NCBI GenBank assembly: GCA_002343685.1
Contig: DDRS01000021.1
Span: forward strand, 38,283-102,282
Source of the DNA: Thiobacillus denitrificans
GTDB taxonomy: Bacteria; Pseudomonadota; Gammaproteobacteria; Burkholderiales; Thiobacillaceae
Direction: 5' to 3'
DNA: 64,000 nucleotides
The translations under genes were made by a program, and so were the position numbers. This document shows positions 1 through 10,642 of the stretch, piece by piece (position 1 is the stretch's first letter; every line of letters starts with the position of its first letter). A model generated the notes under the pieces. The model did no database searches. It worked only from the letters and a program-made list of their open reading frames with translations, and was not told where the DNA came from.

Positions 1-158
1 GGTTAGGGCGGGACTGGAATACAAACGCGCCTGCTGACACACCTTCACAGTCTTCCGTATTCACCTGTTCCATATGGAGAAGCGAGGAAACCGCGTGCGG
101 CATCATGTCGCAGACAGTAACACGACGCCGCTCGCCAGAACAAGCGGTGCGCTCGAAT

Positions 159-171
159 TAACTTATTGATT
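159..171 (-). promoter_or_regulatory. IHF-binding-site-like motif
   Basis: Minus strand reads AATCAATAAGTTA, a perfect WATCAA-N4-TTR match in an AT-rich patch downstream of bioD; any target lies outside the window. Confidence 0.4.
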
Positions 172-202
172 TGTTTATAAAATATCGTTATTACAGACTA
201 TT

Positions 203-883
203 CTAAGATACTAACCAATCAGGCAGCGTCAGCCATTGCGGCATGTTCAACGGCAAACCTTCCCCCTCAAAAAATCCCTGAACGCCCAGACACGGGCCGG
301 GCAGGCGCGTACGCAAGGCCGCCAGGTTTTCCGCTGCCTGCGGCATCGCCGGCTCGATGTGATTGCCCACCCACCCTGCCCACTGGACACGTCGCAGGGC
401 GATCGACTCGGCCGTCAGCAATGCATGATTCAGACAACCCAGTCGCAGCCCCACCACCAGCACGACGGGCAGGCCCAGACGCAGAGCAAGGTCCGCCATA
501 TCCTCGTGCTCATTAAGCGGAACCCGCCATCCTCCTGCGCCCTCGACCACCACGACATCGGCGATGGCGGCAAGGCGTGCATACGCCGCGGCAATGACGT
601 CCAGTTCAATCCGCGCACCGAGCGACTCCGCTGCAATATGCGGCGCGATGGCTTCGGCAAAGGCGTAGGGATTCACATCGCGTGCATCCGCGTCGACGTT
701 GGCCGCCTGCATGAGCGCGACCACGTCCTCATTCAATTCATCCGGCGCAGAACCGGCCGACACCGGCTTCATTGCGGCCACCCGTAGCCCGCGCGCGCGC
801 AGCGCATGAATCAGTGCCACCGCCACGCGCGTCTTGCCGATGCCGGTATCGGTGCCGGTGACGAACAAACCATGCGCACTCAT
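203..883 (-). CDS. bioD: Dethiobiotin synthase
   Basis: FVTGTDTGIGKT P-loop, VVEGAGG and LGCLNHALLT motifs; last gene of bio operon. Confidence 0.97.
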   Translation of the reverse strand: MSAHGLFVTGTDTGIGKTRVAVALIHALRARGLRVAAMKPVSAGSAPDELNEDVVALMQAANVDADARDVNPYAFAEAIAPHIAAESLGARIELDVIAAAYARLAAIADVVVVEGAGGWRVPLNEHEDMADLALRLGLPVVLVVGLRLGCLNHALLTAESIALRRVQWAGWVGNHIEPAMPQAAENLAALRTRLPGPCLGVQGFFEGEGLPLNMPQWLTLPDWLVS

Positions 884-1800
884 GCCTGCCCCAGTTTGCG
901 GCGGCGCTCGCCGATGTTGAACTGGATCACCTGCCGCCCGTCTTCGCGACGCGTCTTGTCACCTGCCCAGGCATGGCCATAGATCACTTCGAAGGTTGCC
1001 GGCAGCCGTCCGTCGCGGCGTTGCATTTCATAGGCCTGCTCAAGCCGCGACCACGCCGTCTTGCCCAACAGGCCGCGGCGACGGGCCGAGGCCGCATTGT
1101 GCGCGCCGATTCCCTTGAGATCTCGCATCAATGTCTTGAGATCGGCGTAGGTCAGCGTCAGCATCTCCATTTCCATCACGGGGCTCGAGAAACCGGCGTG
1201 GATGAGCATGTCGCCGATGTCGTGCAGATCGATGAAGCGGTTGACGTGCGGCGCATCGTCGATGGCCGTGAAGGCCGCGCGCAGTTCCTTCAGTGTGTCG
1301 GGACCGAATGTGGCGAAGATCAGCAGGCCGCCTGGAGCCAGCACCTGATGAAACCCCTTGAACGTGGCTTCAAGATCGCGCGCCCACTGTATGGCCAGGC
1401 TGGACCAGACGAGATCCATGCTGTTGGGTGAAAGCGGAAGCCGCTCCATGTCGGCGCACACCAGATGATTCGTCTCCGCAGGCGAAGGCGCCAGACGATG
1501 CAACACGCGCCGCGCCCACGTCGGCTGCGGCAGGCGAGTACGTGCCGCCATCAGCATGGCCGGTGCGATGTCGAGCGCACAGAATTCGGAGGCCGCATAG
1601 CGCGAACGCAAATGCGCTAGCCCATAACCGGTACCCGTGCCGACATCGAGCACGCGGCCTGGCTGCAGCGACATGAAGTCGAGACGTTCCAGCAAGCGAT
1701 CGCATATTTCGCGCTGCAATACCGCGTGCGCGTCGTAGCTGGTGGCGGCATGATCGAACGCACGCCGTACTTCGGCGAAATCGAGCTCAGCCTCAGTCAT
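880..1800 (-). CDS. bioC: Malonyl-ACP O-methyltransferase
   Basis: VLDVGTGTG SAM motif, TFGPDTLKEL, ATFEVIYGHAW; start set at ATG 1800 overlapping bioH end. Confidence 0.93.
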   Translation of the reverse strand: MTEAELDFAEVRRAFDHAATSYDAHAVLQREICDRLLERLDFMSLQPGRVLDVGTGTGYGLAHLRSRYAASEFCALDIAPAMLMAARTRLPQPTWARRVLHRLAPSPAETNHLVCADMERLPLSPNSMDLVWSSLAIQWARDLEATFKGFHQVLAPGGLLIFATFGPDTLKELRAAFTAIDDAPHVNRFIDLHDIGDMLIHAGFSSPVMEMEMLTLTYADLKTLMRDLKGIGAHNAASARRRGLLGKTAWSRLEQAYEMQRRDGRLPATFEVIYGHAWAGDKTRREDGRQVIQFNIGERRRKLGQA

Positions 1801-2539
1801 GGGCAAAGCGTCCGATTGCGGCAGCCACGTCTGCACTGTGCGACAGATGCGGCGCATGCGCAGCCCTGGCCAGTTCGACATACCGTGCGTTCGGGAGGGT
1901 TTCTGCCAGCCAGCGCCCTGCCGCCGCCGGCGTCAATGCATCGAGTGCGCCATGCAGCACCAACGTCGGCTGCGTCAGACGCGTCAACTGCTGACGCAAG
2001 TCTGTTTCACGCAGAATCGTCAATCCACCCGACAAGGCCTCGGCGCGCGCCTGCGGCAGGGCCAGAAAGTGCTGGCGCAGCTGCTGCAACAATGATTTTT
2101 GATCGGGCACGCCACGTGTCTGCAAGCTGAGAAAGCGCAGTAGCGTGGCCTGCGGGTCGGCCAGCAGCGCTGCGCCGAAATCCTCCAGGTCGGTTGCGGG
2201 CACCCCATGTGACCAGCTTTCATCTGCGACGAAACGCGGTGTCGAGGCCAGCAGGATCAGGCGTCTCAACTTGCCCGGATGATCGAGCGCAGCGCGCATC
2301 ACCACCTGCCCGCCCAATGACCAGCCCAGCACGGTGCTGCCTTCCGGAACCTGTTCTGCCAGATCGTCTGCCCAGCCCTGCAACGAGTTGTTCGGCTGAC
2401 TGTTGCGCCCACCATGTCCCGGCAAATCGAGTGCATGCACGTCGAAATCATCAGCCAGCAATTGCGCAAGCACGTCGAACACGCGCGCATTCATGCCCCA
2501 GCCGTGCACCAGCACCAGTATGGGCTTAGTCGAGCGCAT
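1793..2539 (-). CDS. bioH: Pimeloyl-ACP methyl ester esterase
   Basis: LVHGWG, GWSLGG nucleophile elbow, AAHAPHLSH; between bioF and bioC. Confidence 0.95.
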   Translation of the reverse strand: MRSTKPILVLVHGWGMNARVFDVLAQLLADDFDVHALDLPGHGGRNSQPNNSLQGWADDLAEQVPEGSTVLGWSLGGQVVMRAALDHPGKLRRLILLASTPRFVADESWSHGVPATDLEDFGAALLADPQATLLRFLSLQTRGVPDQKSLLQQLRQHFLALPQARAEALSGGLTILRETDLRQQLTRLTQPTLVLHGALDALTPAAAGRWLAETLPNARYVELARAAHAPHLSHSADVAAAIGRFAHD

Positions 2540-3686
2540 GCAGGGCCTCGACCAGTTGAGCGATATCGTCTGCGCTATGTGCCGCTGACAGGGTAATGCG
2601 CAGGCGCGCCGTGTCGGCGGGAACCGTCGGCGTACGGATGGCGGGCACCATCAGCCCACGTTGCAGCAAGTCTTTCGACAGTTGTACCGCATCGGCATTC
2701 GCGCCGATCACCAGCGGCTGAATCGGTGTATCCGAGGGCATCAGAACGCCCCGTTTCAAACCTGCCAGGCCTTGGCGCAGTTGCGCGACATGCGTACCCA
2801 GCCGTTCGCGCCGCGCTGCGCCTGATTCGATCTGGCGCAGGCTCTCCAATAGGCACGCCGCCAGGAGCGGTGGCGAAGCCGTCGTGTAGATGTAGGGACG
2901 CGCCTTCTGGATCAGCCAGTCGATCACGTCCGGCTGCGCCGCCACGGCGGCACCCGACACGCCCGCCGCCTTGCCCAACGTGGCCAGGTAGATGACACGG
3001 TCACTTGCACGTGCGCCTTCGGTCAGTCCGCCCCGACCTTCGTTCAGCACGCCAAAACCGTGCGCATCGTCGAGATACAGCCAGGCGTCGTAGCGTTCGG
3101 TCAGCTCGAGCAGGGCGTCGACCGGCGCCAAATCGCCGTCCATGCTGAAGACCAGGTCGGAGACAATGAGCTTGTCCTGGGCCGTACTGTCTGCGAGTTG
3201 CGATTCAAGTTGGGCGAGATCGTTGTGGCGATAGCGGCTGAAGCGCGCACCTGACAGCTGCGCTGCGTCGACCAGCGAAGCGTGGTTGAGCTTGTCGGCG
3301 AAGATCTCGCCGTGGCGGCTGACCAGCGCGGTGATCACCGCGAGGTTCGCCATATAACCGGTGGAAAACAGCAGGGCCGCCGGTTTGCCGATGTAACCGG
3401 AAAAAGCCGACTCGAAGTCGTGATGAAAGCGGTGGTGACCGGTGATGAGATGGGCGGCACCCGCGCCGACGCCGCATTGGTCGAGCGCGGCATGCGCGGC
3501 CCGAATCAAAGCCGGATCAGCGGCAAGGCCGAGGTAATCGTTACTGCAGAAGGAAATGACGCGCTGGCCATTGATCGTGACGTGGGCGCCTTGTGCGCCG
3601 TCGAGCAGCAGGCGCCGCCGTTCGAGATGATCGGTCCTCAGCGCCGCCAGCCCCTGCTGCAGGCGGGTCAGCGCAGCAAAACTCAC
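2526..3686 (-). CDS. bioF: 8-amino-7-oxononanoate synthase
   Basis: [27 protein letters not shown] lysine; likely GTG start at 3686 overlapping bioB stop (ORF-track N-terminal extension is spurious). Confidence 0.95.
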   Translation of the reverse strand: MSFAALTRLQQGLAALRTDHLERRRLLLDGAQGAHVTINGQRVISFCSNDYLGLAADPALIRAAHAALDQCGVGAGAAHLITGHHRFHHDFESAFSGYIGKPAALLFSTGYMANLAVITALVSRHGEIFADKLNHASLVDAAQLSGARFSRYRHNDLAQLESQLADSTAQDKLIVSDLVFSMDGDLAPVDALLELTERYDAWLYLDDAHGFGVLNEGRGGLTEGARASDRVIYLATLGKAAGVSGAAVAAQPDVIDWLIQKARPYIYTTASPPLLAACLLESLRQIESGAARRERLGTHVAQLRQGLAGLKRGVLMPSDTPIQPLVIGANADAVQLSKDLLQRGLMVPAIRTPTVPADTARLRITLSAAHSADDIAQLVEALHALD

Positions 3687-4636
3687 AACGGCTGCAGGCC
3701 CAGCGAATCGAACAGGCGCTGGTCGCGTTCCCATTCGGGGTTGCCGGTGGTGAGCAGTTTCTCGCCGTAGAAGATCGAATTGGCGCCGGCGAGGAAGCAC
3801 AGTGCCTGCACCGCGTCGCTCATCTGCTGGCGTCCGGCCGACAGGCGCACGAAGCTCTTCGGCATGCAGATGCGCGCCACCGCAATGGTGCGGACAAACT
3901 CCAGCGGATCGAGCGCCTCGGTGCCGGCCAGCGGCGTGCCCTCGACCTGGACCAGCAGATTGATCGGTACCGACTCCGGCTGCGGATCGAGCGAGGCCAG
4001 CTGTGCGATCAGACCGGCGCGCTGGGTGCGCGACTCGCCCATGCCAACGATGCCGCCGCAGCACACGTGCAGGTCGGCATGACGCACGCGCTCCAGCGTG
4101 TCGAGGCGATCCTGGTATTCGCGCGTGGTGATGATCTCGCCGTAAAACTCGGGCGCGGTGTCGAGGTTGTGGTTGTAGTAGTCGAGGCCGGCGTCTTTCA
4201 GCTGCTCGGCCTGGCCGTCCTTCAGCATACCCAGCGTGGCGCAGGTTTCCAGGCCCAGCGCCTTCACCTCGCGCACCATATCCAGCACCGGCTCGAGGTC
4301 GCGCTGCTTGGGCCCACGCCAGGCTGCACCCATGCAAAAGCGCGAGGCGCCAGCGGCCTTGGCAGCCTTGGCGGCGGCCAGCACGTCGTCGAGATCCAGC
4401 AGGCCCTGGTTTTCCACGCCGGCGTCGTAACGTGCCGATTGCGGACAATAGCCGCAGTCTTCGGAACAGCCGCCGGTCTTGATCGACAGCAGCGTCGACA
4501 ACTGCACGCGATTGGGGTCGAAGTTTTCACGATGCGTCGTTTGCGCCCGATACATCAGGTCGGCAAACGGCAACGCAAACAGCGCCTCGATGTCGGCCAT
4601 GGAAAGGCGCGCAGGTGGTTGGGTCAAATCATTCAT
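3683..4636 (-). CDS. bioB: Biotin synthase (radical SAM)
   Basis: CSEDCGYC CxxxCxx[28 protein letters not shown]. Confidence 0.98.
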   Translation of the reverse strand: MNDLTQPPARLSMADIEALFALPFADLMYRAQTTHRENFDPNRVQLSTLLSIKTGGCSEDCGYCPQSARYDAGVENQGLLDLDDVLAAAKAAKAAGASRFCMGAAWRGPKQRDLEPVLDMVREVKALGLETCATLGMLKDGQAEQLKDAGLDYYNHNLDTAPEFYGEIITTREYQDRLDTLERVRHADLHVCCGGIVGMGESRTQRAGLIAQLASLDPQPESVPINLLVQVEGTPLAGTEALDPLEFVRTIAVARICMPKSFVRLSAGRQQMSDAVQALCFLAGANSIFYGEKLLTTGNPEWERDQRLFDSLGLQPL

Positions 4637-5087
4637 TGATGGCTACCTCGATGGTCATGTCCTGCCACGATTCGCGCGCGGCCCGGTAAATATCAAACAA
4701 CGCCCACGGCACGATCACCACCACCGCGAATCCCAGCACCAGCATCAGCCCCTGCCAGCCGCCCAGCAAGTCGTAGAGCGGTTGGCCGAACACCACCAGA
4801 CTGCCCATCACGCCGTAATAGCGGTAACCTGCCCATTTGTTGTAATGCGCCGTGCGCGGGTTCGGGTGGTGCGCGATACTGGCATAGACGAAAATCGACG
4901 CGCCTAGCCAGATCATCACCGGCGGCAGGGACAGCACGAACGGCAGAAAACCGATTTTCTGACCGGCAAGCAGCTTGCCCAGCAGCAATGCCGTCAGCGA
5001 AATCAGCAACACCACGACAGTGATGAGATTGAACAGCTGCGCGGCGAAGCGGGAAGATGAAGCAGGAATGACGCGTTTGGCTTTCAT
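4629..5087 (-). CDS. Hypothetical multi-pass membrane protein, first gene of bio operon
   Basis: About 152 aa from ATG 5087; 3-4 hydrophobic segments; stop overlaps bioB start. Confidence 0.75.
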   Translation of the reverse strand: MKAKRVIPASSSRFAAQLFNLITVVVLLISLTALLLGKLLAGQKIGFLPFVLSLPPVMIWLGASIFVYASIAHHPNPRTAHYNKWAGYRYYGVMGSLVVFGQPLYDLLGGWQGLMLVLGFAVVVIVPWALFDIYRAARESWQDMTIEVAINE

Positions 5088-5117
5088 GGCCGCAATTTTC
5101 AGGGCGCACGCAGCCTC

Positions 5118-5148
5118 TGTCAAATTTTACCGACAACAAAATTGAACA
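5118..5148. promoter_or_regulatory. Imperfect inverted repeat between divergent bio operon and comF; possible BirA-type operator
   Basis: TGTCAAATTTT-N9-AAAATTGAACA; position and ~30 bp span resemble a biotin operator, but the match is imperfect. Confidence 0.35.
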
Positions 5149-5834
5149 TCCGATCAATTTTTAATCAGCTCATTCCACGAACCTGCCTGCTGTGCGGCGA
5201 TGCGACCCGCACTGGGCATGTATGCCCGGCCTGCCTGGCCGACCTGCCCTGGCACACGCAGCCACAATGTCCACAGTGCGCCACGCCCACGCCCCAGGGA
5301 CAGACCTGCGGTGCCTGCCTCAAACGCCCGCCTGCGTTCGACCGTACCATTGCGGCGCTGAGCTATGTCTTTCCGCTTGACCGGTTGATTCCACGCCTGA
5401 AATACCATGGCCAGCTCGCCATCGCACCGGCGCTGGGCGAGTGGCTGACCCGGGCCACGGAAGCTGCGCCGGTGCCGGATCGCATGATTGCCATGCCCCT
5501 GCATGCGAGACGCATCCGGGAGCGCGGCTTCAACCACGCCACCGAAATCGCCCGGGACGTGGCGGCCCGGCAGGGACTCCCGCTCGACCTCAGCAGTTGC
5601 CGGCGTATCCGCGACACGCCACCGCAAATGGGGCTGAAGCACGATGCCCGGCGCCGTAACCTGCACGGCGCATTTGCATGTTCAGGGGATGTACGGGGGC
5701 AGCATATCGCACTGGTCGACGACGTGATGACGACTGGCACCAGCCTCGATGAATTGGCCGCGACGCTGAAACGCGCGGGCGCACGCGAGGTGACGTGTTG
5801 GGTGGCGGCGCGCACGCTGCGACCTGGGGCCTGA
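5142..5834 (+). CDS. comF: ComF family amidophosphoribosyltransferase-like protein
   Basis: N-terminal CxxC zinc-ribbon pairs, RGFNHA, LVDDVMTTG PRT motif; divergent from bioB as is common. Confidence 0.92.
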   Translation: MNIRSIFNQLIPRTCLLCGDATRTGHVCPACLADLPWHTQPQCPQCATPTPQGQTCGACLKRPPAFDRTIAALSYVFPLDRLIPRLKYHGQLAIAPALGEWLTRATEAAPVPDRMIAMPLHARRIRERGFNHATEIARDVAARQGLPLDLSSCRRIRDTPPQMGLKHDARRRNLHGAFACSGDVRGQHIALVDDVMTTGTSLDELAATLKRAGAREVTCWVAARTLRPGA

Positions 5835-5957
5835 ATTCCCGAATCGGGAAACAACGGCCCGTGCCCAGCGCCGCTCCGCGGGTCAACCGCGTGAGAAACG
5901 CAACACGGTTTGTTACTGTCCTGCCCGAGGCGCGCAACAAGCCTGCCGCGGTTCTGG

Positions 5958-6833
5958 TCAGGCAGCCTGAGCGTAAGCCGGCACGGTCATCCGCGGGAAT
6001 CCCTCCTCGATCGGCAAAGCCGGATCACGCGACCACTCGTTCCACGAGCCGAAATAAATCTTCACATGTTTGATGCCCGCCTCCTTGAGAATAAGGAAGG
6101 TATTCGATGCGCGCGCCCCCTTGAAGCAGTACACGATCACCGGCGATTCCGGCGTGATGCCGGCAGTCAGACATTCGGCCAATACCTCCGGCCCTGCTTT
6201 GAACACAGGGCCCTCGGCACCCGGCTTCATCAGGCGATACCACTCGATCCAGCGCGCGCCGGGAATGCGGCCCTTGCGCGGACAGAAATCCGGCCCATAG
6301 GGTGACGAGCTCACGCCGATCCATTCGTCGACGTCGCGCACATCGAGCAGCACCGCACTGCCGGTTTTCACCGCGGCAAGCATTTCGTCCTTGTCCACCA
6401 TCACATCGGCCGGTGCGCCGGCCGGGAAGGTCGCGGGGACCGATGTCACCGCCTCCGTGCTGACCGGAAGACCTTCCGCCAGCCAGGCTCGATAGCCGCC
6501 ATGCAGCACCTTGATTTTTGGGTAGCCGAGATAACTCAAGATGAAATAGCCGCGACAGGATTGGCCAAAGCCCGTATTCATCGCGTCCTCGTACAGCACG
6601 GCCGTTTCCCTGCCCGAAAGGCCGGCCGCTCCGAATGCCTCGTCAAACTTTTCCTTCATGGCCGCGAGCCCGTCCGGGTCGCTGGTCGCCAGATAGGTGA
6701 ATATCTCGCGCAGATTGACCGCGCCAGGCAAATGCCCTTTGGCATACACGTCAGGGTCGCGGGTATCGATTACGACCATGGGTTCGCTCGCCATTGCAGC
6801 TTGCAGGTCGGCGGGTTCGATCAGTACGCTCAT
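5958..6833 (-). CDS. Tandem-domain rhodanese / sulfurtransferase
   Basis: IDTR..GHLPGA, LLDVR..GRIPGA, active loop YCFKGARAS, YFGSWNEW. Confidence 0.93.
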   Translation of the reverse strand: MSVLIEPADLQAAMASEPMVVIDTRDPDVYAKGHLPGAVNLREIFTYLATSDPDGLAAMKEKFDEAFGAAGLSGRETAVLYEDAMNTGFGQSCRGYFILSYLGYPKIKVLHGGYRAWLAEGLPVSTEAVTSVPATFPAGAPADVMVDKDEMLAAVKTGSAVLLDVRDVDEWIGVSSSPYGPDFCPRKGRIPGARWIEWYRLMKPGAEGPVFKAGPEVLAECLTAGITPESPVIVYCFKGARASNTFLILKEAGIKHVKIYFGSWNEWSRDPALPIEEGFPRMTVPAYAQAA

Positions 6834-6871
6834 CCATGTCTCCCGGGTCGGTATGCAGATGCTTTTGCCTG

Positions 6872-6888
6872 TGCAGCAAGCATGCCAA
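6872..6888 (-). promoter_or_regulatory. Sigma-54 -24/-12 promoter of rhodanese
   Basis: Minus strand TTGGCATGCTTGCTGCA (GG-N10-GC) about 40 bp above ATG 6833, with an AT-rich tract upstream. Confidence 0.65.
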
Positions 6889-7025
6889 CCATAAAAAACA
6901 GAATGAAATCAATTCGTAATGTGAGCCACCCGCATTCTGTTTCGGGATGAACCGTAACGGATCGTTTACAAAGTGCTGACAGATTGCCGGTTTGGTCCTT
7001 GAGTTGAGCGGGGCGAACGCACGGG

Positions 7026-8162
7026 TCAACCGTAGATTTCCTCCACCGCAAAAATCCGCCGGTGTTCGCGCATGGCATAGCGGTCGGTCATCCCCGCGAT
7101 GTAATCGGCCACGGCGCGCGCGCCCTCGAGCGATTCGCGCATCTGGTGCTCCGGCGGCAGCAGGCGGGCATCGCCGGTGAAAGCCGTGTAGAGATCGCTG
7201 ATGATGCGTCCCGCCTTGGCGCTCATGCGGGCCACCTTGTAATGGCGGTACAGGTGGCGCAGCAGGAAACGTTTGAGTTCTCGGTGCTCGTCGAGTAGCG
7301 CGGGGCTGAATGCTGCCAGCGGCGGCGCGGCACGTACCTCGCCCAGGGTCTGCACGCCGCTGTTCTCGACGTTCCTGCGCGTGGTGTCCACCAGATCGAG
7401 AATCAGCGTATTGATGATGCGGCGAACGGTTTCGGTCACCACGCGACGCCCCTGCAAGGTCGGATATTTCGCACGCACCTCCGCCAGGTGGCGGGCGAAG
7501 ATCTGGACTTCGCTCAACTGCTCCAGCGTAATCAGGCCGGAACGCAGGCCGTCGTCGACGTCGTGGTTGTTGTAGGCGATCTCGTCCGCCAGGTTGGCAA
7601 TCTGTGCCTCGAGCGAAGGCTGCTGCTTGTTCAGGAAGCGCTCGCCCACTGCGCCGAGCTTCTCGGCATTGGCGAGCGAGCAATGTTTGAGAATGCCCTC
7701 GCGTGCCTCGAAGGTGAGGTTCAAGCCCTCGAATTCGGCGTAGCGTTCTTCCAGGATATCCACCACCCGCAGCGACTGCAGGTTGTGTTCGAAGCCGCCG
7801 TGTTCGCGCATGCAGGCATTCAGCGCATCCTGGCCGGCATGACCGAACGGCGTGTGGCCCAGATCGTGCGCCAGCGCCACCGCTTCCACCAGGTCTTCGT
7901 TCAGGCTCAGCAAGCGTGCGATGGTGCGGCCGATCTGCGCGACCTCGATGCTGTGGGTGAGGCGGGTGCGGAACAGGTCGCCTTCGTGGTTCACGAACAC
8001 CTGGGTCTTGTATTCCAGCCGCCGGAACGCCGTGGAATGGATGATACGGTCGCGGTCGCGCTGGAACTCGGAACGCGGCGCAGCGGAAGGTTCGACATGC
8101 AGACGGCCACGGGTTTGACTGGAATGCGCTGCGTAGGAGGCGAACGACGGTTCCATCAACAA
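7026..8162 (-). CDS. dgt: dGTP triphosphohydrolase (HD domain)
   Basis: [41 protein letters not shown]. Confidence 0.95.
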   Translation of the reverse strand: MLMEPSFASYAAHSSQTRGRLHVEPSAAPRSEFQRDRDRIIHSTAFRRLEYKTQVFVNHEGDLFRTRLTHSIEVAQIGRTIARLLSLNEDLVEAVALAHDLGHTPFGHAGQDALNACMREHGGFEHNLQSLRVVDILEERYAEFEGLNLTFEAREGILKHCSLANAEKLGAVGERFLNKQQPSLEAQIANLADEIAYNNHDVDDGLRSGLITLEQLSEVQIFARHLAEVRAKYPTLQGRRVVTETVRRIINTLILDLVDTTRRNVENSGVQTLGEVRAAPPLAAFSPALLDEHRELKRFLLRHLYRHYKVARMSAKAGRIISDLYTAFTGDARLLPPEHQMRESLEGARAVADYIAGMTDRYAMREHRRIFAVEEIYG

Positions 8163-8168
8163 TCCTTT

Positions 8169-9248
8169 TCAATGCGGTGCGGTCAGTACGCCAGCCAGCA
8201 CATCGGTCGGCACGTCCGCGGTAATCACCGCCGCGCCCAGTTTCTTCAGCAGGACGAAACGCATCTTTCCGCCCTCCACCTTCTTGTCGTGGCCCATGTA
8301 TTCGAGATACGTGTCGACGCCCAGATCCGGCGCCACGTCAGGCAGCCCCGCGACACGGATCAGCGCACGCGTCCGCGCAACGTCGGCTTCGGACAGCCAG
8401 CCCATCCGTCGCGACGTTTCCGCTGCCATCGCCATGCCGGCCGCCACCGCCTCGCCGTGCAGCCAGTTACCGTAGCCCATGCCGGTTTCGATCGCATGGC
8501 CGAAGGTATGGCCCAGATTGAGGATCGCACGGATACCCCCTTCGCGCTCGTCCTGCCCTACTACCTGCGCCTTGATCTCGCACGAACGATAGATCGCATG
8601 GGTGATCGTCGTCGGGTCGAGCGCGCGCAGTCTGTCCATGTTGGTTTCCAGCCAGGCAAGAAAGTCGGCATCCCAGATCAGGCCGTACTTGATCACCTCG
8701 GCGAGTCCTGCCGACAATTCGCGTGCAGGCAAGGTCTTCAGGGTATCGGTGTCGGCGAGCACCACTTTCGGCTGGTAGAACGCGCCGATCATGTTCTTGC
8801 CGAGCGGATGGTTGATCCCGGTCTTGCCGCCCACCGACGAATCGACCTGCGACAGTAGCGTGGTGGGAATCTGGATGAAGGGCACGCCACGCTGATAGCT
8901 CGCCGCCGCGAATCCGGTCATGTCGCCGATCACGCCGCCGCCCAGTGCGATCAGCGTGGTCTTGCGCTCGGCACGCTGGGTCAGCAGCGCATCGAAAATC
9001 AAATTCAGTGTTTCCCAGTTCTTGTAGGCCTCGCCGTCCGGCAGCACCACCTGCGCCACCGTCACACCACCGGCCTCCAGGGTTGCCCTCAACTGCGCCA
9101 GATACAACGGTGCCACAACGGTGTTGGTGACCACCATCACACGTTTTTGCGGCAAGTGCGGCAGAATCAGCTCAGGTCGGCCCAACAGACCCGAGCCAAT
9201 GTGGATAGGGTAGGAGCGGTCGCCGAGATCGACTTGGAGGGTTTGCAT
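8169..9248 (-). CDS. aroB: 3-dehydroquinate synthase
   Basis: [36 protein letters not shown]; start at ATG 9248 (MQTLQVDLG). Confidence 0.97.
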   Translation of the reverse strand: MQTLQVDLGDRSYPIHIGSGLLGRPELILPHLPQKRVMVVTNTVVAPLYLAQLRATLEAGGVTVAQVVLPDGEAYKNWETLNLIFDALLTQRAERKTTLIALGGGVIGDMTGFAAASYQRGVPFIQIPTTLLSQVDSSVGGKTGINHPLGKNMIGAFYQPKVVLADTDTLKTLPARELSAGLAEVIKYGLIWDADFLAWLETNMDRLRALDPTTITHAIYRSCEIKAQVVGQDEREGGIRAILNLGHTFGHAIETGMGYGNWLHGEAVAAGMAMAAETSRRMGWLSEADVARTRALIRVAGLPDVAPDLGVDTYLEYMGHDKKVEGGKMRFVLLKKLGAAVITADVPTDVLAGVLTAPH

Positions 9249-9318
9249 GAAACTGAAAAAAGACAAAAGAGTTGTTCGATTGTAACCAAAGCCGGCATAT
9301 TCCCTGAACTAACGCGTA

Positions 9319-9334
9319 TGGCACATTGCTTGCT
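9319..9334 (+). promoter_or_regulatory. Sigma-54 promoter for the plus-strand glycosylation block
   Basis: TGGCACATTGCTTGCT, near-perfect TGGCAC-N5-TTGCW. Confidence 0.7.
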
Positions 9335-9513
9335 CAGCCAATAATCCATTAATTGATGATGATCCATGCATACCCACTCACTCATCTGCCGCCGCTCATC
9401 GCCGTCTTTTCATAGTCGGAGCGCATGCCCATGCCAAGCCACGCTTTGTTTTTGTGTTGCCATATCGCCAAGGCAGATGAAATCCCGTTCATGGCCATCC
9501 ATCGTTCGATCTA

Positions 9514-10632
9514 ATGTCCATGCCTGACCGTATTCTGCTGGTTTCACCGGCGTCCCCGTTCAATCCCCAGTCGGGCGCCCAACAGCGCACCGCGTTGCTG
9601 TACGAGGCCCTGCAGACGCTGGGGGGGGTGGATGTGGTGTTGCTGGAGCCTACCGCCGACCCCAGCCGACTGGATATGCCGCCCAAACCAGGGATCCTGG
9701 CACATGGACGCTGGCACCAGCGTCCGTTCGGCATCGGAAAATTCAAACCGGACAGCGCCTTGAATCTGGCACTCAAGGCAGAGGGTGTTGACCTCAAGCG
9801 CTATAGACTGATCGTCAGCCGCTATCTCAATCCGCTCGCCAAGCTGGTCGTCCCGCCCAGCGTACACAGCGTGGTTGACCTGGACGACTGGGGCTACCAT
9901 TACGGACCCGGCGCGCTGGCGCTGGCCGCACAGTTCAAATCGCAGTATGCCGCGTGGCTGGCAAAACGACAGCTCAAACGCTTTGACGCATATTTCTTTG
10001 TCAATCGACGCGATCAGGCACAGCATCGCGAACTCAAATCGGTACTGCTACCCAACATCCCATACGCGCCACCCACCCAGCCATTTCCACAGACGAACAG
10101 CCCTGTTCTGCTGTTCGTCGGCTCGCTTTGGTATGCACCCAATCGCGAGGGCATCGACCGTTTCCTGGCCCGCAGCTGGCCGGCCATCAAGTCCGCCCAT
10201 CCGGAGGCCGAACTGCTGCTGGTGGGTGCCGCACCGCCCGCCGTGCGGCAGGCATGGGAACAGCATCCCGACGTTTCCGCCCCCGGTTTCGTTGACGATC
10301 TGGGCGAGGCGTATCGCAATGCTGCATTCACCATCGCTCCGATCTACTCGGGCGGCGGCACCAACATCAAGATTCTGGAATCGCTCGCTTATGGCCGGGC
10401 ATGCATCACAACGCCCCACAGTGCCGAGGCCTTCAAGGAGGACCTGGGAAGCGCAGGCTTGGGTGTTGCCCGGGACGACAGACATTTTGCCGAACAATGC
10501 ATCGCCTGGCTGGATGATAGCGACGACCGGAGACGCAACGCAGAAGCAGGCTGGAACAAGGTCGCCGCACGCTACACACGCCCCCACTTTATCGAACAAG
10601 TCACGCAACTTTGCGCGCCACTTCTAAGATGA
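9514..10632 (+). CDS. Glycosyltransferase family 4
   Basis: LFVGSL..PN, GGGTNIKILESLAYG C-terminal GT-B motif. Confidence 0.88.
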   Translation: MSMPDRILLVSPASPFNPQSGAQQRTALLYEALQTLGGVDVVLLEPTADPSRLDMPPKPGILAHGRWHQRPFGIGKFKPDSALNLALKAEGVDLKRYRLIVSRYLNPLAKLVVPPSVHSVVDLDDWGYHYGPGALALAAQFKSQYAAWLAKRQLKRFDAYFFVNRRDQAQHRELKSVLLPNIPYAPPTQPFPQTNSPVLLFVGSLWYAPNREGIDRFLARSWPAIKSAHPEAELLLVGAAPPAVRQAWEQHPDVSAPGFVDDLGEAYRNAAFTIAPIYSGGGTNIKILESLAYGRACITTPHSAEAFKEDLGSAGLGVARDDRHFAEQCIAWLDDSDDRRRNAEAGWNKVAARYTRPHFIEQVTQLCAPLLR

Positions 10633-10642
10633 CTCTGGATAG

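Noticed and set aside
2526..4448. 640-aa ORF as a BioF fusion, and similar long N-terminal extensions (xrtA, deacetylase, lipA, NodI-like)
   Set aside because: The extensions are off-frame overlaps of upstream genes, typical of high-GC DNA; real starts sit at the stop/start overlaps
5836..5850. Palindrome TTCCCGA-A-TCGGGAA after comF as a REP family or terminator
   Set aside because: Short, no U-tract, and only loosely similar sequences elsewhere (about 55592, 60676); insufficient support
7026..8162. Anti-phage dGTPase, or defence island together with the MazG-like gene
   Set aside because: dgt is in its usual housekeeping position after aroB; no defence-island context
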